Positions 1 through 12,641 are shown, counted from the first letter of the stretch. The stretch is 64,000 bases of DNA from Callorhinchus milii (GCF_018977255.1 NW_024704743.1:43340001-43404000); one strand, 5' to 3'. Numbers and translations are program-made. Notes: a model not told the origin generated them from the sequence alone.

Positions 1-790
1 TTTGTTCACCCCAACAAATGTGCAGAACCTCAGCAATTGTTCAACCTCTCAATTCTCCTTTACGCTTTTATCTGGCCATGCTGTAGTCTGTTTTCCTCCA
101 TCTCCACAACATTGTCCACTTCCTCACCTCCAAAGGAGGAACATCTTTGTTATCTTCCGACTCAACTTCTCCCAATGCTCTGCTTGCCGGACTTCCCAAC
201 TCCAGCTCATTCAGAAAGCAGATCTTTCTCCACAGCCCGTGTTCTCTTCCTTACAATGCTCTGTGAACCCATCACAACCATTCTTGCCTGACTCTATATC
301 CCCAGCGAATCAACAAGTTCCTTCTTGTTGGAGTGGGAATTTAGGGAGATTAGGGAAAGGGATAAGGGGATACTGATTAAGAAGGTAGTGGTCAACAATA
401 CAGCTTTACCTTCAGGTACACCTTCAAAGGTCTTCATTGCCTTGACAAATACTACCGCTGTGTTCTCCTGCAACCCTATCCCCATTTACTCCCTCTGCTT
501 CATTAACTCTGCCCTGGTTCACACTCTCTCCCCCATCTCTGCCCCACAATCAATGGATGAGCCTTCAGTCACTTTGCTCCTGCACTTAGGAACTTTCATT
601 CAAAAATCATCCTCTCTAGTTTCAAGACCCTATTTAAAGATCTATTCCTTCAGCTATATCTTTGACCACTAACCCCTTAAACACCCCATCTCCCTCCCAA
701 CTCAAGCTCCTACTCCCTCTTTGTAAAGTGCATTGAGATGTTTCTGCGACATGAATGGCTGTTGATATGAAAGTGCAAATTGCTGTTTTT
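1..790 (+). mobile_element. Highly decayed L2 LINE 3' region (interrupted)
   Basis: Broken frames give L2 ORF2 C-terminal-like words (LHLHNI, NALLAGLPN, LQLIQK). Ends in a degenerate L2 tail (gtgcattgagatgtttctgcgacatgaa...tgcaaattgctgtt). Confidence 0.6.
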
Positions 791-2580
791 GTTACAATAC
801 TGGTGAACAGATTTGTTTCTGCAAGTTTTGACACAAGTCATTCACTAGAGGGTGATCTCTCCCAACCGTTTATTTTTAAATTAGCTATTTCAAAAATACA
901 ATAATTCACAACATGCAGGAAATTATCATTTTCAGTTATAATTCAATTTTACATTCCTAGATTTTTATAAAAAAACTATCTCTGTGGGTGCCTCTCTTTA
1001 TCTGCTTGCTCCTGATATTTTGAACCACAGTCTGGCACTCAATTTACTTTAGTAGCTGTGAATTGGGAATGTAAACTATCCTATGCTGTATTTACACAAA
1101 TCTAAACTCTACAATATTATAGTGCTACATTTATTATTCTTTCAACCACAAAGATACAAAAATGTATCATTTGCATTGGAATTTGCAATTCAATCTGAGA
1201 ATCCTAGATTTAGAAAAATTATGGGTGCCTCTCTTTATCTAGATAATCAGACCCTTTTCAATATTTTCCCCTTGCTGATAGATTTCACTCAATCACTATT
1301 CCACTTTTACTGTACAGCCCTCTGAAATGGATTTGCAATCAGGATGGATACAGTCAATTCACTTCACAGTATATTCTGTGGAATGTTTTGCGACATCTCA
1401 ATGACGTGATAAGGCTCTAAATCAAATGCAAGGATTATTATCTTATCAGATAATGCAATTGATCAAGGATGCTTTATGTCACTGAATTGGTGTTTAAATT
1501 GGGAGAGGAGTAGGCCATTCGATCCATTAAGCCTGCCCTGTTGGCAACACTCTATTTAAATTTCGCTGCCTTTGTTCCATTTCTTAATATCTTTACTTAA
1601 CAAATATCTATCTGTCCATCTTCTGAATGCCTCTGCATTTCAGGGAACCTTTTCCATATTCTCACAATTCAATGTGTAAAGAGATTTTGGGGAGTCTTGC
1701 GTTTCACTTCCTTAGCTCCAACTTGATGGTTATGCCCCTTTGTTCTGGGTTTTCCTATGAAAGTAAATTTGTTCACTATTTATCAAATCCCTTAATTATT
1801 TTCAACCTCAATTGAATCACCCCTCAGCTTTCTGAACTCCAGGTTACTCAGCTTAGTATTTGCCCTGTACAAAGACCACAATACAAGTGTCTGCCTGTTC
1901 AACTCAAACTACTTAGTATGGATTGAGAATAAAAAATGTAATTTTGTAAACTTCATGGGAAAAGCAATATACTTAATGCAGGTATAGGTTTAAAACCTTT
2001 CAACATTTCCAGCCTACATGTGATGATGTTGTGGACCTGTTGTTTTCTGATTAAAGTGGAGCTGCACTATGCAGCTAACTCAATCATGTAAGTATTCTCA
2101 TGAATTTATGAGATTGCCTTTGCATATGTTCTTGTGATCATCAATCTTGAATCCTTACTGTGATTTCTTGACCTTTTTATTTTGGTAATTGGAGTTCCAC
2201 ATCATTATTAATTCTCTGCCTGAGTTGAACTTTGTTGTGTAGCTTTTTCGAGTGCAGCAAACGCCTGAACACCACTTGCAAGAGCTCATTAATAAAAGTC
2301 TTGTGGCAAAACTATGGGTTCTTTCATTTACGTAGGTTCTGGGAGACCAGCTGAAGTCAAAACTTGCCCATGATTTTATTCTTGAGAATTCTTAGAAAGT
2401 CCTAGAAGATTGTGTAAATTTTGGAAAAATCTTCACTTCATCCTTAATCTAGAAGCTATTTTTCAAAGCTTTAGTTAAAGAGGCAAGAATATTTTCAAAA
2501 GTAGCATCAATGTTCACTTACAGGTATAGTCTCCTTTTTCTGATCTGTGTTTGACAAGAACTTCTACATTTACCATATTT

Positions 2581-3057
2581 CATAGAATCATAGAATCATA
2601 CAGCACAGCAAGAGGCCATTCAGCCCATCGCGTCTGCGCCGGCTCCTAAAAGTGCAATCCAGCTCAATCCCCCTGGCCCGCTTTCTCTCCATAGCCCTGC
2701 AATCCTGTCCTCCCCAAATACCCATCTACTTCTCTTAAAAGTTGTTATTGAATTGGCCTCCACTACTCTTTCCGGTAATGCATTCCAAATCTGAACAACT
2801 TGCTGGGTGAAATTTTTTTTCCTAACCTCCCCCCTGTTTCTTTTAACAACTATCTTAAATCTGTGTCCTCAGGTTACTTTTTTCTGGTTCAACCTATCAA
2901 ATCCTGTCATGATCTTGAAAACCTCTATTAAATCCCCTCTTAACCTTCTCTGCTCTAGGGAGAATAATCCTAGTTTCGCTAACTTCTCCTCATAACTAAG
3001 GTCCTTCATTCCTGGTACCATCCTGGTAAACCTCCATTGCACCCTCTTCAATGCCCT
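2581..3057 (-). mobile_element. CR1 LINE 3' end, 5'-truncated
   Basis: ORF 2869..3051 (RVQWRFTRMVPGMKDLSYEEKLAKLGLFSLEQRRLRGDLIEVFKIM) is the CR1 ORF2 C-terminus. Terminal (ATTCTATG)n repeat seen as catagaatcatagaat at 2581. Confidence 0.92.
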
Positions 3058-3211
3058 AAAATAGGAACCAGAACTTTTACCAGAACTTTAAGCTTTTTCC
3101 AAGCCACTGCTCAGACAACCTGAAATTCCCTGATTTTAAAACCTAAATTAGTAAATATATGAACCAAATCTGAAATCTGAACATCACAACTACTGCCACA
3201 TGGAGAATGAG

Positions 3212-3360
3212 GCATGGGTGGGGCGTGGTTAGATGGGGCTGGGCTGAGGTGGGGCATGGCAGGGCAGGCGTAGCAGGGGTGGGGCGTGGCAGGGTGGGCA
3301 TGGCAGGGTGAGCCGGGCAGGGCGGGGATGGGTTGGGATGGAGTGATGGGGTGGGCCAGC
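3212..3360 (+). repeat. G-rich degenerate minisatellite (GGGCRTGGCA-like units)
   Basis: Repeated ggggcatggc / ggggcgtggc / gggcatggc units with many GGG runs. Confidence 0.75.
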
Positions 3361-3505
3361 CAGAGTCCAATGAATGTACACCTTAAGCAAAACTGCCATA
3401 CATGTGTGATGAGCTTGTTTAGGTCATAGGTCATGAACGATAGAAGATCTTATCAAAGCTACGCTAACCGAAGCGGTTTACTGTGTGATCCGGCAGGTGC
3501 TCGAG

Positions 3506-3897
3506 TTATTGCAAGGCTTCGTGTAGATGACATTTGCTGTTTTTCCTCCTTCGGCCATGGTGAACAGGTTTTGCATGAACTTACACGTGAGTATTTAACA
3601 TAGAATTGTCCATGGGAAAAGCAGGGTGTATTCACGAAAAGGCCAGCAACGGTTAAGCTCTGCCACTGTGCCTTGTTAACTGACGTCGCAAAGCACATTT
3701 GAACAGGGAATTGGAGCCATTTGAACTCAAACGGTTAGTCACTTGGGAGCAGTGGGATGTGAGGAATGAATACATCTTCCCCTTTGAACTGACCAGTCAG
3801 AATAGTTGCTTCTATAACATGTGGCATCAACTGCTTTACCACCAACCTTGTACCATTGCAGAGCTTCGGTTCATCTAGATTCCTCAGCAGCATAATT
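3506..3897 (-). mobile_element. Helitron RepHel PIF1-like helicase C-terminal fragment (pseudogenised)
   Basis: Translates as IMLLRNLDEPKLCNGTRLVVKQLMPHVIEATILTGQFKGEDVFIPHIPLLPSD*PFEFKWLQFPVQMCFATSVNKAQWQSL...CFSHGQFYV..SRV, then after a frameshift NLFTMAEGGKTANVIY.EALQ*. These are the LLRNL/CNGTRL/QFPV/INKAQGQSL/HGQLYVALSRV motifs of Helitron helicases, with a stop and frameshifts. Confidence 0.92.
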
Positions 3898-4190
3898 ACA
3901 ACAACAACAACAAAATTACATTTGTATAGCGCCTTCCATTTCAGGAGGACGTCCCAAGGCGCTGGACTGCCAGTGTTTCGGACCCGAGCTGAGGGTCTGG
4001 ATCGGGAGACTGGAGAGCAGGCAGAAGGAGGGTGATCAAAGGCACAGTCGAAGAGGAGGGTCTTGAGACAGATCTTGAAGGAGGTAAGGGAGGGGGTAAG
4101 GCAGAGAGACTGTGGGATGGAGTTCCAGAATGGCTGAAAACCTGTTTGCCAATGGTGGGGTGGGCAAAGCGGGGGATGTGAAGCAGGTTG
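3898..4190 (-). mobile_element. L2 LINE 3' end (truncates the Helitron fragment)
   Basis: WNSIPQSL...SFKICLKTLLFDCAF on the minus strand, L2 stem-loop tail and (TTG)n terminus at 3898-3912. Confidence 0.88.
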
Positions 4191-4194
4191 GAAC

Positions 4195-4805
4195 CTCATG
4201 CTGTCTCAGACCTCTGGCTGCTGAGATCCTCATACACGCATTCATAATATCCAGACTCGATTACACAAACTCCCTGCTCATCGTCCTCCCCAACTCCTGC
4301 CTCCATAGGTTAAAAATTATCCAAAACTCTGTAGCCTATGTCCTTTCCCCCTACCAGGCTCTGCGACTTCATCACCCCCATCCTCGCCCGACTCCACTGG
4401 CTTCCCATCCCACAGAGTATACAGTTCAAGATGCTTCCCTCTACCTCTGTGACCTCCTAACCACCTACTAAACTGCCCGCTCCCTCCGTTTAGCGGGCTC
4501 CGGCCTGTTTCATGTCCCCCGCCTCGCTCGCCCCACTATTAGTGGGCAGCCTTCAGCCACTCTGCTCCCACCCTCTGGAACTCCATCCCGCAGTCCCTCC
4601 AAATTGCCCCCTCCCTTGCTTCCTTCAAGTCCCGTCTCAAGACCCTCCTCTTCGACCATGCCTTCGGTCACCCTCCTTCCTTCCCTGCCCTCCACCTTCC
4701 CCAGTCCTGACTCCCAGCTCAGGTCCAAATCACTAATTGTCCAGCGTCTTGGAATGTCCTCCCAATGTGAAAGGCGCAATACAAATGTAATTTTGTTGTT
4801 GTTGC
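4195..4805 (+). mobile_element. L2 LINE 3' end
   Basis: AAEILIHAFIISRLDYTNSLL...IQNSVAYVL, frameshifted. Tail cagcgtcttggaatgtcctcccaatgtgaaaggcgcaatacaaatg followed by (TTG)n. Confidence 0.92.
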
Positions 4806-5056
4806 TGTGGACTGGAAGGTAACCCGATTTCCTTTTAAGCATTTCTTCCATCTGTCATTCCAAAGTAATGAAAATTTACCTACCAGCTTTGAACAAGTAT
4901 TTTTTTTAACATGGAGACCTTTCCCAGCACGCAAAAGTTCTACTATCCTGATCTAAAGCCATTTATCAGATATTGGCAATCAATATTTCACAGTATTTGA
5001 GGTGTTTGTAGTTATCTTTATAAAAGAGAAGCTCTTTACAATTACTTTGACACAAT

Positions 5057-5412
5057 AGGAGGGTTGCAAATGTTACTCCCCTGTTCAAAAAAGGGGAGAG
5101 GGATAAACCTGGTAACTACAGGCCAGTCAACCTAACGTTGATAGTGGGGAATCTTCTGGAGACCATAAGCCTGGACAGAATTAATTTTCACTTAGAAAAA
5201 CATAAGCTAGTCAATGAGAGTCAATACGGATTTATTAAAGACAAATTGTGTCAGACAAATGTATTGAGTTCTTTGATGATATAACGGAGATGATTGATGA
5301 AGGTAGTGCAGTTGATATAGTGTATATGGACTTTCAGAAGGCATTTGATAAGGTGGCACAGAATAGACTAGTTAGCAAAATTGAAGTCCACGGGATAAAA
5401 GGGACAGTGGTA
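5057..5412 (+). mobile_element. CR1 LINE reverse transcriptase N-terminal fragment
   Basis: RVANVTPLFKKGERDKPGNYRPVNLT and DIVYMDFQKAFDKV motifs. Confidence 0.9.
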
Positions 5413-5799
5413 CTGCTCCTAGCTGGACAAGCAGCAGGAAAGCTTGCCGGACAGCAATATCAATGATATGCGGTCTTAGCCGGTTAGACTCCAGCAGTAC
5501 TCCAACACACACACTGGGGTACCCAAGCCTTGGCTCTTGCCGACCTGTGCCTAATAATAATAATAATCCTTGCATTTGATATAGTGCCTTATCACGTCTT
5601 CTAGACGTCTCAAAGCGCTTCACAGAATATACTGTAAAGCGAATTGACTGTATATTTTGTGGGCAAAACGGCTTACATCTGATAATAAACAACAATAATA
5701 ATCCTTACACTTGATAATAACAATAATAATAATCCTTACATTTTTGCTCGGGGAGAACACCTCAAAGATTTTCACAGGATACAATAACAACTTGAATAT

Positions 5800-6190
5800 A
5801 TATGTCACCCTTCATGTGGAGTAGTGTCTCAGGAGTGCTAAACACTGGTGTCGTTTGATGCCAAGCCAGGGAGAAAGGAGAGTTTTCAGATGTGATCTGA
5901 AGATGGGCAAAGAGAAGGCAAGGTGGAGAGATTGAGGCTGGGAATTCCAAAGTTTCAGGGGATAGTGGCTGAAAGCACGGATGCCAATGATGGAGCGGAG
6001 GGGATGAGGGACATGTAGAAGGCCTGAGCCACTGAGGGTGGGGGAGGGTACAGGAGTGGAGTGTAAGTAGCTTGATGAGGTAGGGAGGTGCTAGGGCATG
6101 GAATTATTTATAGGTGAGTGTGAGGATTTGAAATGCACCCAGTCTGCATCAGGGAGCCAATGGAGCCCGATGAGAACAGGGGTGTTAGGG
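5800..6190 (-). mobile_element. Decayed L2 LINE 3' region
   Basis: Minus strand gives TPVLIGLHWLP...FK.., similar to the other L2 3' copies. Confidence 0.7.
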
Positions 6191-6199
6191 ATGCAGAAC

Positions 6200-6495
6200 A
6201 AAAACACGCCATTTAGCTCAAATAATCCAAGCCACATGAGTCTCCACTTTTCCTGATCACCTCTCCCATACCTCTTTATTCCCTTCTCCCTCATGTTTGC
6301 ATCATGTTTCTTCTTGATTGCGTTGATGCTTTCTGGTATAATCACAGCTTTTGGCATTCTACATTCTGTGTGTAAAGAATTTCCTCTTAAACTGTGTTTT
6401 AGATCTGCTGCGAGCTACTTTATGTTTATGTTTGTTTTGGACTCACTAAAAAGGGGAAACAGCTCATTACCCTTTTTGAATCAGTTCATTATTTT
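6200..6495 (-). mobile_element. Decayed CR1 3' end
   Basis: Resembles the reverse complement of the CR1 3' end at 37560-37730 (catgagggagaaaggaatagaagg...). Confidence 0.65.
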
Positions 6496-6872
6496 ATAAT
6501 AATAATAGTTGCATTTGATATAGCACTTTGTCACATCGTTGAGACATCTCAAAGTGCTTCTCAGGTTTATAGAGTAAAATGTAGTGACTATTTTGCAGGT
6601 AAACAAGGCAGCCAATTTGTGCAGTGGAATGAACCACACACAGCATGTAGTGAATTACCAATTTATTTTGGGGGAATTGTTGACCAGGAAACTCACTTCT
6701 CTTTTGAATAAAGGCTTGGGATCTTTAACATCTGAACAAGCCAACATTGATTTAGCATCTCATATGAAGGACGTATGCCTAAACTATATGAGTTCAAAGT
6801 CCCATTGTAGAACTTGAACCCACAACCTTCTGGTTCAGAGGCAAATGTGCTACCAAACATGTCAGGCTGTCA
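6496..6872 (-). mobile_element. Old Deu-domain tRNA-SINE (SacSINE1-like)
   Basis: Head seen as acttgaacccacaaccttctggttcagaggcaaatgtgctacc. Deu-type body ggcagccaatttgtgcag. (TTA)n tail. Confidence 0.7.
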
Positions 6873-8189
6873 TCTAAAAGCATCTCTATCATATCAGGAC
6901 TCCTGTTAATCATCATATCTCTAGAGACAGATGCTCAACCTGACCAATCTTTCTTGATAAGCTGTATCACTAGCACTGAGATAAATTATTGAAACACTGG
7001 AGGATTAATTGAGGAACATCTGGGAAATGAGAGACCAAAACCATTTGTCTCAGGCAAATGAGAGGTAATTGACCAATAAAGATTGATACATCGGTCTTCA
7101 CCCCAGTACAAGTGGACGTGTCTCAGTGACCTGTTGAATATGATACTCACCAAGCAAAACTACCAGGTAATGTTTGAGTGGCAATGCTGCTGTGACTGTG
7201 TTACGATTCTTAGATGATACAAGTGAATGGGTTACCTAAGAAAAGATCAAAAGTTTGGAACAATAGGGAAGCAGTCTTGCAATTAAAGTGATGTGGCGTG
7301 TAACAGAGAGAAAATCATTCCCAGTTGTTCATCAGGTGGGTGTGACACACAGACCATTTTCAAGTTATTTTAAGACTGCCATCCATTTATTGTTGGAGGT
7401 GAAGCTGGTAAAGCAACATTTATAATTCAGTGGTGCTTTATTGTAGTGCATGCATGACAGAAAACCAGCTGTTCGAGTTTAAATATTCAAGATGTTTTGG
7501 AATGCTCATACACAAAACCAATGTAGTTCTAAAGTAATCATTAATATGGATCTTATCTGATAGGATGAGGGATGGACCAATTTTTTTGTGCATTTATAGG
7601 ATGTGAAATAGATTAGATGAGTTTCTGCTTTATTGCTGGACAGGAATTCTTCATGTTGTTTTGAGAACCTGTTCAAGTCTTCCTCAGGGCCTGAGCTCTC
7701 GGATTATGTATTTCTGTTCCTAAGAGACATGTTGATTTTTGAAGCCTGCTTTGTTGTCTGGTTTCACTGTGTATATGCTGTAGATATCTAGTGTCAGGTT
7801 TATGCTACACATTATTCTGGGGTTGGAACTTGTAGCTCTGAATCAGATAATGACTCAAGCATTGATAAGTTTGCAACCACTTTGAGCTATCAAATGCACT
7901 GCTCTTCTTCCATGTCTTGCTCTGTTCCAGCATGATGCTTTGCACTGCACCAGTTCACCACATGCAATATAATTCAACCAAACTCCATGGTTACCACAGA
8001 GCAGTAGATAATGCCTCATAATGCCTCGAAGATTAAGGTCCACATCAGCCAGGGCAAAGACATCACTTTCAGAAGATGGCTATTCATTACTGGCAATGTG
8101 CTTTACAATGAGACTGCCCAGCAAAAGCACTGTGTTGTTGAGTTACAATTGTTTATACTTTAGTGAATTTTATATATTTGTGGACAAAG

Positions 8190-8448
8190 TACAGCAGCCA
8201 ATTACGCACAGCAGTGTCCCACAAACAGTCGTGGTTTGAGTGAACAAATTATTTTATTTATTTTGAAGGAATTGTTACCCCTGGAAAAGAGATCTGCCAA
8301 TCGACTCGCAACCAGGTTTCTACTTACTGATAGGTAAATAGAGGTGTGTGGAGTAAGGAAACTTGCCCAACGGTTTGCACTGCCGCGAATCAAACCCAGG
8401 TCTCTCATTTGCGAGGTAAGTGCTCTAATGACTAAGCTACAGGACTCC
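8190..8448 (-). mobile_element. tRNA-headed SINE, long form, 3' tail lost
   Basis: Reverse complement of the ggagtcctgtagc...ttgggcaagtttccttactcc head, plus the long-form internal segment. Confidence 0.85.
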
Positions 8449-9149
8449 ATGACTTCCAAGTCCCAACTTGTTTCACGAGTTCCAAGTCCCTATAGGAGTT
8501 CCATATCTAAACGTGTGGCCCTCACAACCATCTGACTTAGAGGTGAGAGTGTTATTGTCTGAGCCAAGCTGACACACAGGTCACACACTTATATAACATA
8601 ATAAAATAATCCTTTGTATTTGATATAGTGCCTTATCACCGCATCAAACGGTGTAGTAAGGAATAGGTCAGTGCAGTCTGTTTGAAAACATCACTATCTG
8701 GAAGCTTTGTGGCTGTGATATCAAAATGCTTCTGTTGGAGGGCTCGGGTGTATTTGATGCATTCAGAGATTGCAGATTTGAAGTGTTCAGCTTTAGGAGT
8801 GGAATCCTCCAATGTCCGACAGCATAGCAAACAATGTGAAACTCCGAATGTATGTGTTTGGGGCTGCAATATATTTCGCATTGCCAGGTTTGCCGTCACT
8901 CTACTCAGCTTCCCCATCTTCCCTGCATATACTATACAAACATAGAAGACGAAGAAGATTTGAGAGATTCCCTTGCGGAGGAAATTTTCACTATGTACTT
9001 TGGACCACAGATGGTGTGTAAAATGTAAGCTATACAATTCAGTTCCAGAATGCAGTACCAATTAAATACTTTAAGGATTGTTGGTATACATATTACATAA
9101 GACCTAATGATCATTGTGATATTAGTTACTGATATCTTAAACCAATGAG

Positions 9150-9653
9150 AAAATATCATCCTTACATTTGATATAGCACCTTTCACATCTGGATGACAAT
9201 CGAAAGCTCCTCACAGGATATACTATAAAGTGCAATGACTGTGTGCTTTGTGGACGAATGCAGGCAGCCGATTTACCCACATCAATGTCCCACAAAGAGC
9301 CATGGAGTGAGTGATCAATTTTATTTGAGGGATGTGTTGGCCAGGACACCAGGAGAAACTCCCTTCTGTTTTTGAATAGTTCCATGGTATCTGTAACGTT
9401 CACCTAAACCGGCAGATGGGACCTTGATTTAAAATTCCATCTGATGTATGGCACTTTGACAATGCAGCGACAACAACAATAAAATTACATTTATGGAGCG
9501 CCTTTCACATTGGGACGACGTCCCAAAGGGCGGAAATACTGCACTGGAGTGTCTTCTTAGACTATATGGTTTCCAAGTCCCGATGTGGGACTTGAACCCA
9601 CAACTTTCTGACCCCAGAGGCCAGAGTGCTACCACTGAGCCAGACTGACACAC
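9150..9653 (-). mobile_element. Old Deu-domain SINE, near full length, with a ~65 bp L2 tail inserted at ~9470-9532
   Basis: Head gtgtcagtctggctcagtggtagcactctgg..., Deu body and tail. Internal acaacaacaat...gagcgcctttcacattgggacgacgtccc is a minus-strand L2 terminus. Confidence 0.8.
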
Positions 9654-10849
9654 CTAGAATTTTAGGCAAATTCTGGAAGAATGCTCATCCGCCAATGGTG
9701 GGAGACATAAATCAGGTCACTGTTCACTGAGTGGAGAGAATCTGCCCCTCCAGCTCCTGCTCACAGGCCAACTTTGATTCCGTCTATGAAATTTCAAATG
9801 CAGAAAAACTCGGGAAAGCTAAAAAAAAAAAGTACAATCTGGGCACTAGGGGGAGATGTTGTGCTTTGTGCAACAGTATAAAGATTGAATGTTGACATGA
9901 TATAAGAAAGGATGACCCACTGTATTAATGCATTATGTTGTTGTCGGGTATTTATTTTGTCTCAATTTACAGCTTCAGGTTCTTTGCTCCTCAGTCTTTT
10001 TATGGAACGTTAGCAACACCACCAACAACAAGTTGCATTTATATAGCTCCCTTCATGCAGGCTAGGGTCTCTGAGCACTGTACAGTGGCGGGGTGGGACA
10101 TTGAATGAGGGAACGGAAGATGACTATAGCCGTAGTCAAAAAAGTTTTCGGGTGGGATTGAAAGGGATAAACGAGGGGGTGTGGTGATCTGACTAACAAT
10201 CCAAAATAAAAAATGTTCATTCACTCCATGGGACACTGGTGTGTGCATATTAGCTGCCTCAACCACCTACAATTACACAGTCACTAAACTTTAGTGTATG
10301 TCCTGTGGAGAGCTTTGAGATGTTTTGATGATATAAGATTCTATATCAAATATTAGGATTATTATTATTATTATTAATGGTATTTTCACACCTCAGTTAC
10401 ATTAATCTCACCAACTAAGATCCAGTCTTTTGAAAAAATCAGATGAAAACTAATAATAATCCTTGCATTTGATTAACTAGCGCTCTGGGACGCTACCCTG
10501 TGTGAAGGGAACTATATAAATGTAAGTTGTTGTTGTTGTAACTAGTGATATAAATGAGATTGCTGCAGCCTGCCTGACTTGAGAACTGAATGACTGAAAC
10601 TGCCACAAAGGATTGACTGTGTTCCAGTATTCCACTGCCAAACTTGGTGCCAGTTCAGTCCAAACCTAAATTTGCATACATTTATTTCTATAACTGTAAG
10701 AAGGTTTTTGAACATAAATGTCTCATCCTGGACTTCTCTTCTTGGTCCAGTGTTTGCTTAGAAAAAATCCAATTATTTTTCCACAAAATGTGTTGAGCAA
10801 GATCAAAGGGAGGTCCATTTCCCACTGGTATTTTAAATTCTTAACAAAT

Positions 10850-11065
10850 TGTTGGGTAGAAACTTCTATGTTTATTCACGTAATGTTTCAGAGCATCCAG
10901 AATTTGTCCAATTCTTAAATACAGTCTTTTGAAGCTGGTTTTCTGTAAAACTTATTTTAAGAAGTACAGAAAACAGATTTCATGGTTATACAACTGAATT
11001 CAAGAATTTGCCAATTTCTGCACTCTCTGACATATTACGTTAACAGAGCAAATCTACACCCAAAT
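10850..11065. mobile_element. Palindromic (foldback) MITE-like element, copy 1
   Basis: Arms pair throughout: acgtaatgtttcagagcatccagaatttgtccaattcttaaatacag with ctgaattcaagaatttgccaatttctgcactctctgacatattacgt, and gttttctgta with tacagaaaac. Related copy at ~60110-60200. Confidence 0.7.
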
Positions 11066-11599
11066 TGAATTACTGTCCATGCAAGGGTTTAGGAACAAGA
11101 CCCATGTTTGGATGGAAATGGATTGGAACAAAACAATTTTAATTAGTCTCATACAACTGATCCGAGCTCATTAACACCTTCCCTAAGGAGACCTGGGATA
11201 TGAGTCTTGTGATTTGCTACATGATCGCGGACCAAGAGATGGGCTGTCAAAATTGTCAATCAATTCTTTTCCTTCAGATGGAAAACAAAGAATATATCCT
11301 GAAAAGAATTAAGATTTAAAAAATCAGGTTATCGGTTTCTCTAAAAAATATTCCTGACTAGTTGCAACGTAAAAACGTACACATGGTATTCCCAAGAAGA
11401 CTATGCCCCCGAATTATCAGGTTGTATCCAAATATGGCGTGAAGAAATGCTTCTTTCTAATCTCTTTCTTTACTTGAGGATGACTTTTTGTGTTCATGTC
11501 CTCTTAGCCTGCAACTCCAATTCAAGATAAATAAATTACTTATGTTCATGTCTAATTATTAAAAAAGCTGTTCTTTAAATGTAAATGACTTTATAGCAT

Positions 11600-11760
11600 A
11601 GGCTCGTGCTTTGCTCCCTCCCTCCCCACTCCCCAAATTCTGCCAAATCCCACCTCCCTCTACCCCTGGCTCAGGGTCATACGCCACCATTGTCAAGCGC
11701 TCCGGGTCGCTATCTCATGTGAAGGGCGCAATATAAATGCAAATTGTTGTTGTTGTCGCT
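11600..11760 (+). mobile_element. L2 3' UTR/tail fragment
   Basis: gtcaagcgctccggg...tgtgaagggcgcaatataaatgcaaat followed by (TTG)n. Confidence 0.7.
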
Positions 11761-11849
11761 GGTGACAACAGCCTTGATTTACTGAGAGCAACAAAACCGT
11801 TGAACACGACTCACATGAAGATTGTTCTTCTATATACTGTAACTGTTCA

Positions 11850-12020
11850 TAATAATAATAATCCTTGCATTTTATACAGTGCCTTATTACATCATCAAGG
11901 TGTCTCAAAGTGCTTCACAGGATATACTTTAAAGTGAATTGACTGTGTATTTTGTGGCAAACGCGGCAACCAGTTGCGCACAGCAATGTTACACAAATTT
12001 TAAAATGACCAATTTTACTC
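11850..12020 (-). mobile_element. SINE 3' part, interrupted by CR1 (continues at ~12642-12662)
   Basis: taataatccttgcatttt...gcggcaaccagttgcgcacagcaatg. The body resumes after the CR1 as gggagattgttggccaggaca. Confidence 0.75.
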
Positions 12021-12641
12021 ATAACATAACATGACATGTAGGAGCAGGAGTAGGCCATTCGGCCCTTCAAGCCTGCCCCGCCATTCAATCATGGCTGATC
12101 TTCTAATCTAACTCCAGTTAATAACCTAACCCTGCCTTATCCCCATATCCCTTAATCTCTTGTGCAATAAGATATCTATCTATCTCAGTCTTGAATATGT
12201 TCAAGGACTGAGCGTCAACAGCCCTTTGAGGTAGTGAGTTCCATACATTCACCACCCTTTAAGTGAAGACGTTCTTCCTCAACTCAGTGCGAAAGGGCTG
12301 GCCACTGATTTAAGGTTGTGACCCCTGGTTTTAGTTTCTCCAACCAGGGGAAACAATCTCCCATTATCTGCTCTATCATGCCCTTTGATGATCTTATAGG
12401 TTTCTATAACATCCCCTCTAATTCTTCTATATTCTAGAGAATATAGGCCCAAATTGGACAGCCTATCCTCGTAACTCATCCCCTTCATCCCTGGTATTAA
12501 CCTGGTAAATCTACGCTGCACCTCCTCCAAGGCAAGTACATCCTTCCTTAAATAAGGAGACCAAAACTGGACACAGTATTCCAGGTGTGGTCTCACCAGG
12601 GCCCTGTATAGTTCCAGCAAGACTTCCCTACTCTTATACTC
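12021..12641 (-). mobile_element. CR1 LINE 3' end, well preserved
   Basis: ORF 12279..12620 LYRALVRPHLEYCVQFWSPYLRKDVLALEEVQRRFTRLIPGMKGMSYEDRL...; terminal (TTATG)n-like repeat. Confidence 0.95.

Noticed and set aside
3735..4199. 154-aa ORF as a real gene
   Set aside because: Chance fusion of an L2 3' end with its (TTG)n tail (poly-Val) and the Helitron helicase fragment.
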